Assembly (NCBI GenBank): GCA_038232515.1
Contig: JBBSHS010000001.1
Coordinates: 36,407-100,406 of the forward strand
DNA from: Acidimicrobiales bacterium
GTDB taxonomy: Bacteria > Actinomycetota > Acidimicrobiia > Acidimicrobiales > JAUJNH01
Direction of reading: 5' to 3'
DNA length: 64,000 nucleotides
Under the pieces are notes generated by a model. It made no database searches and was not told where the DNA came from. It worked only from the letters and a program-made list of their open reading frames with translations. Made by a program: the position numbers and the translations under genes. Shown in pieces: positions 19,872 through 29,085 of the stretch (position 1 is its first letter; each line of letters opens with the position of its first letter).

Positions 19872-20723
19872 TCAGCGGACGGCAAGGACCTCGCCGTGCA
19901 GGACGGCGAAGAAGCCATCGGCCTGGTCTGCCCACCGCCGCCATGCCGTCGCCATCCGGGCCAGCTCCTGCGGCTCGGACAGCGCAGAGCCGACGGCCTG
20001 CTCGGCGAAGGACGAGAGCTCGACCCGCTCGGCCCAGAGGTCGCCCCACCAGCGGCGGCTCTTGGGCTCGGCGAACGTCCACGTGGAGCTGCTCACCCGG
20101 ACGTCGGTGAAACCTGCGGACTGCACCCATCCCAGGAGCCGGCGGCCGGCGTCGGCGTGGGCCCCGTTGAGGGCGACGATCTGGAGGTAGAGCTCGAGCC
20201 AGCGGTCCAGGAGAGGATCAGCCGGGGCCCAGGCGAAGGCCGGGTAGTCGCTGTCGCGCACGGCCAGGACGCCGCCCGGTCGCAGCACCCGACGCATCTG
20301 CCCGACGGCGGCGACGGGATCGGTGAGGTGTTGGAGGACCTGGTGGGCATGGACCACGTCGAAGGAGCCATCGTCGAAGTCGAGGCTGTACACGTCTCCG
20401 GCCATGAAGCGGGCGTTGCCGACCATCTCACGGCGGCGCAGTTCTTCGGCCCCGGCCACGACGTCGGCCGAGCGGTCGATGCCGGTCACCACGCCCGGCT
20501 CGACCAGCTTGGCCAGATCGAGGGTGATGGTCCCGGGGCCGCATCCGACATCGAGCAGCCGCTGGCCCGGCGCCAGGGAGCCCAGTAGGTAGGCGGCGGA
20601 GTTCTCGGCGGTCCGCCACCGGTGGCTGCGCAGCACCGACTCGTGGTGCCCGTGGGTGTAGTTGTCCTCCACCGGCCCACTCTGCCAGGCCACCGCCGAC
20701 CCGCCCGTGTCTTTGCCCGTCAC
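19872..20723 (-). CDS. class I SAM-dependent methyltransferase (UbiE/COQ5-like)
   Basis: YTHGHHESVLRSH, LLDVGCGPGTIT, FDVVHAHQVLQHL, RVLRPGGVLAV. The start is uncertain (GTG 20723 chosen; ATG 20741 or GTG 20693 possible). Confidence 0.8.
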   Translation of the reverse strand: MTGKDTGGSAVAWQSGPVEDNYTHGHHESVLRSHRWRTAENSAAYLLGSLAPGQRLLDVGCGPGTITLDLAKLVEPGVVTGIDRSADVVAGAEELRRREMVGNARFMAGDVYSLDFDDGSFDVVHAHQVLQHLTDPVAAVGQMRRVLRPGGVLAVRDSDYPAFAWAPADPLLDRWLELYLQIVALNGAHADAGRRLLGWVQSAGFTDVRVSSSTWTFAEPKSRRWWGDLWAERVELSSFAEQAVGSALSEPQELARMATAWRRWADQADGFFAVLHGEVLAVR

Positions 20724-20739
20724 TACGCTGTACCACCGC

Positions 20740-21363
20740 ATGCGGAGCTGTTTCGACAAGGCTTCGGGCGCCTTCGCCACGGTGGTCGGCGCTTTGGGCA
20801 GCGACGACTGGGAACGGCCCGCCCTCGGGCAATGGTCGGTACGCGACCTCGTCGGCCACACCAGCCGGGCCCTTTCGACGGTCGAGGCCTATCTGGGCGA
20901 CCGGCCCCGTCCGAGCGGCGACCACCCGGTCCCCGGCGTCATCGACGACCCGACCGTCTACTGGCTGGCGGCCCGGTCCAGCCTGGCCGACCCGGACGCC
21001 GTGGCCCGGCGGGGCCGGGAGGCGGGCGCCGCTCTGGGGGCCGACCCGGCCGCCGCCGTCGCCTCACTCGCCGCCCGGGTGACGGCCCTTGTGGCCCAGA
21101 CGTCCGACGAGGCGGTCGTGGCCAGTCCGGTGGGGCCGATGACCCTGTCCGCCTACCTGCCGACCCGGATCTTCGAGCTCACCGTGCACAGCCTCGATCT
21201 GGCCCGGGCCACCGGGACGGAGGTGCCGGCGGCGCTCGCCGAGCCGATCGGCGCCAGTCTGCTCATGGCGGCGCGAATGGCGCAGGACCGGCCCGATTCG
21301 GGCCATCTGCTGTTGGCCCTCACCGGCCGGGGGCCGATACCAGCGGGTTTCAGCGTGGTCTGA
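20740..21363 (+). CDS. maleylpyruvate isomerase family mycothiol-dependent enzyme (DinB-like)
   Basis: N-terminal W.RP....WSVRDLVGH motif of the mycothiol-dependent MDMPI_N/DinB_2 fold. Start at ATG 20740. Confidence 0.7.
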   Translation: MRSCFDKASGAFATVVGALGSDDWERPALGQWSVRDLVGHTSRALSTVEAYLGDRPRPSGDHPVPGVIDDPTVYWLAARSSLADPDAVARRGREAGAALGADPAAAVASLAARVTALVAQTSDEAVVASPVGPMTLSAYLPTRIFELTVHSLDLARATGTEVPAALAEPIGASLLMAARMAQDRPDSGHLLLALTGRGPIPAGFSVV

Positions 21364-21373
21364 GGCTTGGCCG

Positions 21374-22372
21374 TCAGGTCTGTGCGCCGGCCGACCGGCG
21401 GGCGTTGGGTGGCGACGGCTCGTCCCAGATGCCGGCCGCCTTCCACAACAGCTTGGAGGCGGGGTTGACGAGCCCGAGCTCCACCCACAGGCGGCGCGTC
21501 TTGGCCACCGAGTCCTTGAGCAGCTGGGACCCTTCGAGCGACCCGAATGCCTGGCGGACGACGGACCGGGGTATCCGGTTGTTGCGCACGAGGTCGGCCG
21601 GTGGCCGCAGCATGAGCCGGCTCATGATGCCGAGGACGATGGGGGCTACCGCCGCCAACAGGTGTCGGCGCACGAAGCCCAGCGCGGGAACATCGTGCCT
21701 CAGGTGGTGACGGGCGAAGGAGAGGTGGCGCGCCTCCTCGGTGACGTGGATGCGCATGATCCGCTCCACCAGCGGGTGGCGAACGGCTCCGTCTTCGAGC
21801 TGACGGCGCTGCAGGTGGTCGATCGGGTCCTCCCCACCCAGGACGAAGACGAAGAACATCGACGGGAACCAGCGGCTGAGGGGCACGATGGTCAGCTCGG
21901 CCAGGACCCGCAGCGACCTGGGCATCCCCCGGACCGGGAGCCGGGAGCGGTTCGTGAACTCCTGGAACATCAACGTGTGCTGGGACTCTTCGATGATCTC
22001 GTGGTGAAGGTAGCGGAACTCGGGGGCGCCGTTGGGCAGGGTGAAGGCGTACCGCAGCAGCCCCCGTTGGAGCAGGTTCTCGAAGTGCCAGCCCACCTTC
22101 ATGAAGGCGGCGTAGCGGTACAGCCCGATCCGGGCCCGGACCGCAGCCGGCTGGGAGCGGTACCACTCGCTGGCCCCGAGCGGGTCGTGGCCCGGCAGGT
22201 CCAGCCTGGGATCGTCGGGGACGAGGGCCATGTCCGAGCTGTCCCAGGCGACGTCGGTGTAGGCCTCGAAGTGCCTGTCCACCGACAGCCGGCTGAGCCG
22301 GTCGAGCATGGTGCGGAACCCGTCGCTGTCGGCGGCGTCTTCGCCGGCCTCCTGGTCGAGGACGTCGCTCAT
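21374..22372 (-). CDS. diiron oxygenase (AurF-like family)
   Basis: Two carboxylate-bridged diiron motifs (HHEIIEESQH and VTEEARH) in a helical protein resembling the AurF/p-aminobenzoate N-oxygenase family. Confidence 0.75.
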   Translation of the reverse strand: MSDVLDQEAGEDAADSDGFRTMLDRLSRLSVDRHFEAYTDVAWDSSDMALVPDDPRLDLPGHDPLGASEWYRSQPAAVRARIGLYRYAAFMKVGWHFENLLQRGLLRYAFTLPNGAPEFRYLHHEIIEESQHTLMFQEFTNRSRLPVRGMPRSLRVLAELTIVPLSRWFPSMFFVFVLGGEDPIDHLQRRQLEDGAVRHPLVERIMRIHVTEEARHLSFARHHLRHDVPALGFVRRHLLAAVAPIVLGIMSRLMLRPPADLVRNNRIPRSVVRQAFGSLEGSQLLKDSVAKTRRLWVELGLVNPASKLLWKAAGIWDEPSPPNARRSAGAQT

Positions 22373-23379
22373 CGGTGCCCCCCTTCGCCGCTGGAATTGG
22401 TGGTGGGTGTCAGCGCCGTCGGGACGGCGTCGGTCGACCCATCGCCGTGGGCCTGGGCGATCAGGTCGGCCAGCAGGTCCGGTGCCTCGAACGGCAGCAT
22501 ATGCCCGGCGCCCGGCACCTCGACCAGGCGGGCGCCCGGGATGGCAGCGACGATGGCCTGGCTGAAGCGGACGGGGGTTAGGACGTCGCGGCGCCCGACC
22601 ACCACGGTGGTGGGCACGGCGACGTCGGCCAGCCCGTCGCGCAGGTCCATGGCCTGCATGGCCTTGAGGTAGGCGAGGCGCACGGCGGATGGCGTCGTCG
22701 AGAACCCGCTCTGGGTGATGGCCAGATGCCGGCGGCTGATGCTGCGCCCGGCCGTGGGGCGAACGAGCACCGAGCCGATCCGTCCGGCGACCAGGCGACC
22801 CACCAGCTCGTTGCCCACGACCGTGGCGGCGACGTGGCCCAAGTACATCAGACCGGTGAGGCGGCTGGCCGTCGACACCAGCACCAGGGCCCTCACCCGC
22901 TGGGCGGTCACATCCGGGTGGTCCACGGCCAGGGCCTGGACGGCCATGCCGCCCATCGAGTGGCCGGCCACGACCGCGTAGCGGGCGTCGACGGCTTCGA
23001 GCACGGACCGCAGGTCGTCACCCAGCTGGGCCACCGTGGGCGCCGTGTCGCCCAGCGTCGACGTGCCGTGGCCCCGCTGGTCGTACAGCACGAGCCGGTG
23101 ACCGGCGTCGAGGAGCCGGCTGGTGACCGGCGACCACACGTCCCTTGTCCCCGTCCAGCAATGTGAGAGCACGACGTCAGGCCCATCGCCGATGACCACC
23201 CCGTCGAGAACGGCGCCGTCGTCGGCCTCCACCTTGAAGGACTCACCGGTACCCAGCTGGTCCTCGAGGTCGTCATCCTCGCTGCGCGCCCGTCGCCGGG
23301 CCACCTCCGCGCCGACGACCGTGGCCGCCACCGCTCCGGCCGCGCCCCACCCGACGGACCGCTTCACGACAGCCTCCAC
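22369..23379 (-). CDS. alpha/beta hydrolase with N-terminal TM segment
   Basis: Nucleophile elbow AGHSMGG, LYDQRGHG, C-terminal GAGHMLPFE. Its stop overlaps the start of the diiron oxygenase (ATGA). Confidence 0.85.
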   Translation of the reverse strand: MEAVVKRSVGWGAAGAVAATVVGAEVARRRARSEDDDLEDQLGTGESFKVEADDGAVLDGVVIGDGPDVVLSHCWTGTRDVWSPVTSRLLDAGHRLVLYDQRGHGTSTLGDTAPTVAQLGDDLRSVLEAVDARYAVVAGHSMGGMAVQALAVDHPDVTAQRVRALVLVSTASRLTGLMYLGHVAATVVGNELVGRLVAGRIGSVLVRPTAGRSISRRHLAITQSGFSTTPSAVRLAYLKAMQAMDLRDGLADVAVPTTVVVGRRDVLTPVRFSQAIVAAIPGARLVEVPGAGHMLPFEAPDLLADLIAQAHGDGSTDAVPTALTPTTNSSGEGGHR

Positions 23380-23542
23380 CGGTCAGTGCCAGTCTGGGGA
23401 TGCCCGGGCCCGACGCGGCCACGATGTCGCACGGTCTGAACGATGGCACGGGTCGGCGGCCGGGTCCACCGCCGGCCCGCGCCAGCCATGTCCGTCGGCG
23501 CCGTCGGCCCTCCGCTGGCCTGGCCGCGGTGGCTCGGGGGCC

Positions 23543-24238
<696 letters not shown>

Positions 24239-24296
24239 GCGGCACCCGAAGGCCAACCACGCCGATCGCTCGGCGGTCCGTGCCGCCGCACGCGCC

Positions 24297-25607
24297 ATGA
24301 CCTGGCTCGACGCCTTTTCCCTGGCGGCCAAGAGCCTGGGCCGGCGGGCCGGCCGGGCCGTCCTGACCGTGCTGGCGGTGGGCCTGGGGGCGACGCTCCT
24401 CGTCGCCCTGCTGACCATCGCCGGCACGGCCCGTACCCGGGTGCTGTCGGAGCTTTCCAAGGGCGGCCCCCTGGCCGGCGTCAAGGTGGCGGCGGCCGAG
24501 CCCGACCCCACCCAGATCGACGAGGACAACGCCAAGCCGGGCGCTCCCAAGGACCTCGACGAACGGGCCCTCGACCAGATCCGGGCCCTGCCGGGCGTCG
24601 GCTCGGTGGTGCCGGTGGTGACGGCTCGGATCGTGGTCGTGCCCACGTCGCTGCCGCCGACCGTCACCCTGTCCAACACCGACGTCCCCGGCGGCTTTGC
24701 CGAGACGGTCGTCGGCGCCAACCTGGGCCGGATCTCGGCCCTGCCCATCTCCATCCTGGCCGGCCGACTCCCCACCGCCGGGGCGTCGACCGAGGTGGCG
24801 GTCACGCCCGGATGGCTCCAGCAGCTGGGTCTGGGGCGCAAGGAGGCGGCGTCGGTCGTCGGCCAGACCATGGTCCTCGCTGCGCCCCGGGGCCGGGGAC
24901 GGGGCCTGCAGGGGCGGTGGACCAAGGCGACGGTCGTGGGAGTCGTGGCCCAGGAGGCGGCCAGCGGCCAACTGGTCATGGACCAGGGCGCCGTCACCGA
25001 GGCTCGGGCGTGGTCGCAGGCCGGTGGGCCGGTGGGCCGGTTCAGCCAGCCCAGCTCTCCCTACGCCGGTCTGTTCGTCGTGGCCCGCCGCCTCGACCAG
25101 GTGACCCAGGTACGTCAGGAGATCACCCAGGTGGGCTACTCGACTCAGGCCCCCGAGAACCTCATCGCCTCGGTCCAGCGCTACCTGAGGGTGGTGGAGA
25201 TCGTCCTCACCGGCATCGGCGCCATCGCCCTGGTCATCGCCTCGCTCGGCATCGCCAACGCCATGTTGGCCGCCGTGCGCGAGCGGCGTCGGGAGATCGG
25301 CGTGCTGAAGGCCATCGGCGCCAGCGACGGCGACGTGTTGCGGCTGTTCCTGGTGGAGGCGGCCGTCCTGGGCCTGGTCGGTGGGGCGCTGGGCACCCTG
25401 ACGGGATGGGCCATTGCGTCCGGCGTCGGCTCGGTGGTCAACACCTATCTGACCGACCAGGGACTCGCCGGGGTGCGCCTGTCGCTGCCGGGCTGGGTGG
25501 CCCTCGGCGGCGTACTGGGCTCGATGGTCCTCGCCCTGCTGGCCGGCACCGCGCCGGCCGTGCGGGCCGCCCGCCTGCCGGCCCGGGAGGCGGTGGGAGC
25601 GGCATGA
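24297..25607 (+). CDS. ABC transporter permease (FtsX/MacB-type)
   Basis: N-terminal TM, a large extracytoplasmic domain, and a C-terminal FtsX 3-TM bundle (ERRREIGVLKAIGA). Confidence 0.85.
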   Translation: MTWLDAFSLAAKSLGRRAGRAVLTVLAVGLGATLLVALLTIAGTARTRVLSELSKGGPLAGVKVAAAEPDPTQIDEDNAKPGAPKDLDERALDQIRALPGVGSVVPVVTARIVVVPTSLPPTVTLSNTDVPGGFAETVVGANLGRISALPISILAGRLPTAGASTEVAVTPGWLQQLGLGRKEAASVVGQTMVLAAPRGRGRGLQGRWTKATVVGVVAQEAASGQLVMDQGAVTEARAWSQAGGPVGRFSQPSSPYAGLFVVARRLDQVTQVRQEITQVGYSTQAPENLIASVQRYLRVVEIVLTGIGAIALVIASLGIANAMLAAVRERRREIGVLKAIGASDGDVLRLFLVEAAVLGLVGGALGTLTGWAIASGVGSVVNTYLTDQGLAGVRLSLPGWVALGGVLGSMVLALLAGTAPAVRAARLPAREAVGAA

Positions 25608-26380
25608 GCCGGGCCTGGCGAGGTGGGGTGGCCAGACGGGCTCTGAGCGGCGTGGTCGTCCTCGTCGCGGTGCTCGTGGTGCTGGCCGCCGGGTGCGCCA
25701 GCCCGAAGCCGAAGGTGGCGGGGCCGCCGCTGGCGCCGCCGCCAGTCAGGGTCGTGTACGTTGCCGTCGGCGCCAGTGAGACGGTCGGGATCGGAGCCGC
25801 CGATCCCCTGAACGAGGCATGGCCCCAGGTGCTGTTCCGCAAGGATCTGCCCCCCGGGACGGTCTTGGAGAACTTCGCCATACCCGGCGCCACCGTGGCC
25901 GACGCCCTGCAGCGGGAGGTGCCCGACGCCGTGGCGCAGTCGCCGGCCCTGGCCACGGTGTGGCTCAACGTGAACGACATCAACCGGCTCGTGCCTGTGG
26001 CCACCTACAAGCAGCAGTTGGACGACCTGGTCCACCGGCTGCGACGGGGAGGAGCCACCAGGGTGCTGGTGGCCAACACTCCACCGCTCGACCACCTGCC
26101 CGGCATCCTGGCCTGCGGTGACCGCCCGCCGCCCGGCGTCCGCTGCCTCGCCAATGGGCCGCTTCCCGGCCTGGCCGCGCTCGACGCCACCGTCGACGCC
26201 TACAACGCGGCCGTGGCCCAGGTGGTGCAGTCCGAGGGAGCCGTGCTCGTCGACCTGCACGCCGCCGGCCTGGCGGCCCGGGCCGACGGTAGCGAGGCCT
26301 CGCTGGTGGCCTCCGACGGTTTCCATCCGTCGACCGTCGGTCACGCCGCCATCGCCGCCCAGTTCGCCGCCGGGTTGTAG
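25604..26380 (+). CDS. SGNH/GDSL hydrolase family lipoprotein
   Basis: Signal peptide with lipobox LAAGC, block I VAVGASET, block V SDGFHPS. ATGA overlap with the permease stop. Confidence 0.8.
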   Translation: MSRAWRGGVARRALSGVVVLVAVLVVLAAGCASPKPKVAGPPLAPPPVRVVYVAVGASETVGIGAADPLNEAWPQVLFRKDLPPGTVLENFAIPGATVADALQREVPDAVAQSPALATVWLNVNDINRLVPVATYKQQLDDLVHRLRRGGATRVLVANTPPLDHLPGILACGDRPPPGVRCLANGPLPGLAALDATVDAYNAAVAQVVQSEGAVLVDLHAAGLAARADGSEASLVASDGFHPSTVGHAAIAAQFAAGL

Positions 26381-26384
26381 CGAA

Positions 26385-26537
26385 GGGGTGGGGCGTCGCC
26401 CCTCCCCCTCGCGCTCCCCCTCCGCTTTGGGAGCTCGCTTTCGCTTGCCCTCATCTTCCGCAAGGACCGGCAAGCCGGATCCTTGCTCAGTGTGGGGGGC
26501 AAGACCCCCCACGCCCCCCGGCCGGCTCCGCCGGCGG
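26385..26537 (+). repeat. GC-rich triple-hairpin interspersed repeat, family 1, copy A
   Basis: Shares a roughly 110-bp core with 27994-28108 (inverted), 33165-33307 and 61544-61620 (inverted, truncated). Hairpins are CAAGGACCGG/CCGGATCCTTG, GTGGGGGG/CCCCCCAC and GCCGGC/GCCGGC. Confidence 0.8.
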
Positions 26538-27965
26538 GCTGGCACTGATCTCGGAAGGTCGATCCTCGGCTGGGTTTGGCGACGGGGGCTTGCCCTCCGG
26601 GGGCGTTGTCCTGCTTCTCATTCGCTGGGCGAACCCCCACGCCACCAGGGCCGTGGCCAGGGCGTAGGAGGCTCGGCCCAGGGCCAGTTGGTGGGGGTGG
26701 TCGAGGATCACGGCGAAGAACTCGACTTCGCCGGCCACCGCCACCGCCGCCCACCACGGCATGGCCGCCAGCGTGGCTACGGCCAGCAGGGCCACCGCGT
26801 ACCAGGGCTGCACCGGCGTGGCCACGAGGAAGAGAACGCCCAGCACGGCCACGGCCCCGACCTCGACGGGGGGCCGCCGCCACGCCACCCACGCCATCAC
26901 CGCGGCCACGGCCAGCAGGGCCAGAGCGGTGGTGACGTTGCCGGGCAGGCCCAACAGGCCCAGGAGCAGGAACCGCGAGCCGGTGTCGTAGTGCTCCTCG
27001 CGCAGGTACGAGGGCAGGTAACCGAGCACCTTGAGGCCGACAGCCAGGACGTGGGGGAGATAGGCCAGGCCGCAGACGGCGGCGAAGGCGCCGGTCACGG
27101 TCAACGGCCGGCGGCGCCACAGCGCGGGCAGGATGAGGGCGGGGTACAGCTTGACCATGGCGGCCAGGCCGAGCAGGCCGCCGGCCAGCCACGGCCGTTC
27201 GCGGCGGTGGGCCAGTAGGGCCCCGATGAGCAGGGCGATGGCCAGCCCGTCTACGTGGGCGTTGTTGGTGATCTCCAGCACCGCCACCGGGCACAGGGCG
27301 TACAGGACCACCAGGCGCTCGTCCCGCCCGAAGGCCCGTAGGGCCGCCACGAGCAGCCCGCACAGGATCAGGTCGACCAGGCCCGCCACCGCCTGCCACC
27401 CCCGCTCGTGGCTGGCGATGCCCACCACCGCGTACACCGCCCGGAACCACCCCTGGGCCACCGGCGGGTAGATGGTGCGGGCGTCGGGTCGGTTGATACG
27501 GGTGCAGCCGGGCGGCCGGTCGAGGGCTGCGCACTGTCGGGCACCGGGCCACAGCCAGGGTTCGCGTAGCTGGGCCAGCGCCGGCGAGGAAGGTGGGTAG
27601 CGGTAGGGGTCGACACCGGCGGCCTGGACCCGGGCCTCCCACGAGTAGCGGTACACATCGTCGGAGGTCGACGGGATACCGGCCAGGGCGGCCACCCGCA
27701 GCAGGGCGGCGAACGCCAGGACCACCAGGATCGAGGTCCGGGCCGGCAGGCGCAGGGCACAGCGCACCGCCACCACCCATGCCAGCACCCACACCGCGAG
27801 CCGTGCCATCAGCGCCCACCGGTCGCCCAGGATCAGCTGCCGGGCGCAGTCCGCCGAGAGCACGACCCCCGCACAACCACTGACCAGAAGCCCCACCACG
27901 GTCCACCGCGAAGGCTTCTCAGTCCCACAAGCATTCTCTTGACCTTCCTGGGCGCCAAGAGTCAT
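26487..27965 (-). CDS. GT87 / DUF2029 family polyprenol-phosphate-sugar-dependent glycosyltransferase (GT-C fold)
   Basis: About 11 TM helices; the SDDVYRYSWEARV....G.DPY loop motif typical of mycobacterial PimE-like mannosyltransferases. Start at ATG 27965; the last 17 codons and the stop lie inside repeat copy A. Confidence 0.75.
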   Translation of the reverse strand: MTLGAQEGQENACGTEKPSRWTVVGLLVSGCAGVVLSADCARQLILGDRWALMARLAVWVLAWVVAVRCALRLPARTSILVVLAFAALLRVAALAGIPSTSDDVYRYSWEARVQAAGVDPYRYPPSSPALAQLREPWLWPGARQCAALDRPPGCTRINRPDARTIYPPVAQGWFRAVYAVVGIASHERGWQAVAGLVDLILCGLLVAALRAFGRDERLVVLYALCPVAVLEITNNAHVDGLAIALLIGALLAHRRERPWLAGGLLGLAAMVKLYPALILPALWRRRPLTVTGAFAAVCGLAYLPHVLAVGLKVLGYLPSYLREEHYDTGSRFLLLGLLGLPGNVTTALALLAVAAVMAWVAWRRPPVEVGAVAVLGVLFLVATPVQPWYAVALLAVATLAAMPWWAAVAVAGEVEFFAVILDHPHQLALGRASYALATALVAWGFAQRMRSRTTPPEGKPPSPNPAEDRPSEISASPPAEPAGGRGGSCPPH

Positions 27966-27993
27966 GTGGTCGCGGCCAATGGCGACGGTTTCT

Positions 27994-28108
27994 GGCGGCG
28001 GCCGGGGGGCGTGGGGGGCTTCGCCCCCCACATGCAGCAAGGATCCGGCTTGCCGGGCCTTGCGGGAGATGAGGGCGAGCGCAGCGAGCTCCTCAAGGGG
28101 AGGGGGCC
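27994..28108 (-). repeat. GC-rich triple-hairpin interspersed repeat, family 1, copy B (inverted)
   Basis: The reverse complement aligns with copy A over hairpins 1-3. It fills the epimerase-GT87 intergenic gap and contributes the last 5 codons and the stop of the epimerase. Confidence 0.8.
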
Positions 28109-29085
28109 CGCGCCATCTCGGCCATGCCCTCGTCGAAGCCCACGGCGGCCTGGAAGCCGAGCACGTCCGCAGCCCGGGCGGGCGAGGCGACGACGTGACG
28201 GACGTCGCCCAGTCGGTAGCCACCGACGACCTGGGGACGGGGCGCCGTCGGCCCGGTTGCGTCGGCCAGGGCATTGGCCATGTCGAGGACGGTCTTTGGT
28301 CGGCCGCTGGCCACGTTGAGGGCCACGAAACCGCTGACATCGGCGACGAGGGCCAGCCGATTGGCCACGGCCACGTCGGCGACGTGCACGAAGTCGCGGG
28401 TCTGGCCACCGTCCTCGAACACCTGGGGAGCCCGTCCCGACGCCAGCGCCGACCGGAAGATGGCGGCCACCCCGGCATAGGGCGTGTCGCGGGGCATGCC
28501 CGGGCCGTACACGTTGTGGTAGCGAAGGGCCACCACCGACCCGGCTGACTCCCGGGCCCAGCACGCGCACAGGTGCTCCTGGGTCAGCTTGGTGGTGGCG
28601 TAGACGTTCCTGGGGTCGACCGGCGCATCCTCGCCCACCAGCTCCCAGGCCAGCGGCGCACCACACGCCTCACAGGGTGGCTCGAAGCGGCCCTGCTCCA
28701 GGTCGGCCACCGAACGAGGCCCGGGACGGACGCGGCCGTGGTCCGGGCACCGGTAGCGGCCCTCGCCGTACACGACCATGGACGACGCCAGCACCACCCG
28801 GCCCCCGAAGCCGGTGCGCCACAGTGAACCGAGCAGGACGGCGGTACCCATGTCGTTGTTGTGGACGTAGTCCGTGACGTCGCTGAAATCGACGCCCAGG
28901 CCGACCTTGGCCGCCTGATGGCACACGGCGTCCGCTCCGACCAGGGCCCGGTCGACGGCGGCCGGGTCGGTGACGTCCTCACCCTCGACGAGGTCGAGCA
29001 CGCGAACGCTGTAGCCCAGGCGTTGCAGTTCACGGACCACATGCGTCCCGATGAAGCCGGCGCCCCCGGTGACCAGGACCCTCAC
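28093..29085 (-). CDS. NAD-dependent epimerase/dehydratase (UDP-sugar 4-epimerase-like SDR)
   Basis: VLVTGGAGFIG Rossmann motif and the YATTK catalytic motif. GTG 29085 overlaps the kinase stop (GTGA). Confidence 0.9.
   Translation of the reverse strand: MRVLVTGGAGFIGTHVVRELQRLGYSVRVLDLVEGEDVTDPAAVDRALVGADAVCHQAAKVGLGVDFSDVTDYVHNNDMGTAVLLGSLWRTGFGGRVVLASSMVVYGEGRYRCPDHGRVRPGPRSVADLEQGRFEPPCEACGAPLAWELVGEDAPVDPRNVYATTKLTQEHLCACWARESAGSVVALRYHNVYGPGMPRDTPYAGVAAIFRSALASGRAPQVFEDGGQTRDFVHVADVAVANRLALVADVSGFVALNVASGRPKTVLDMANALADATGPTAPRPQVVGGYRLGDVRHVVASPARAADVLGFQAAVGFDEGMAEMARAPSP

Noticed and set aside
26487-28478. 663-aa ORF suggesting a much larger GT87 protein
   Set aside because: The upstream third reads through repeat copy B and the epimerase gene out of frame (W/R/P-rich). 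The real start is ATG 27965.
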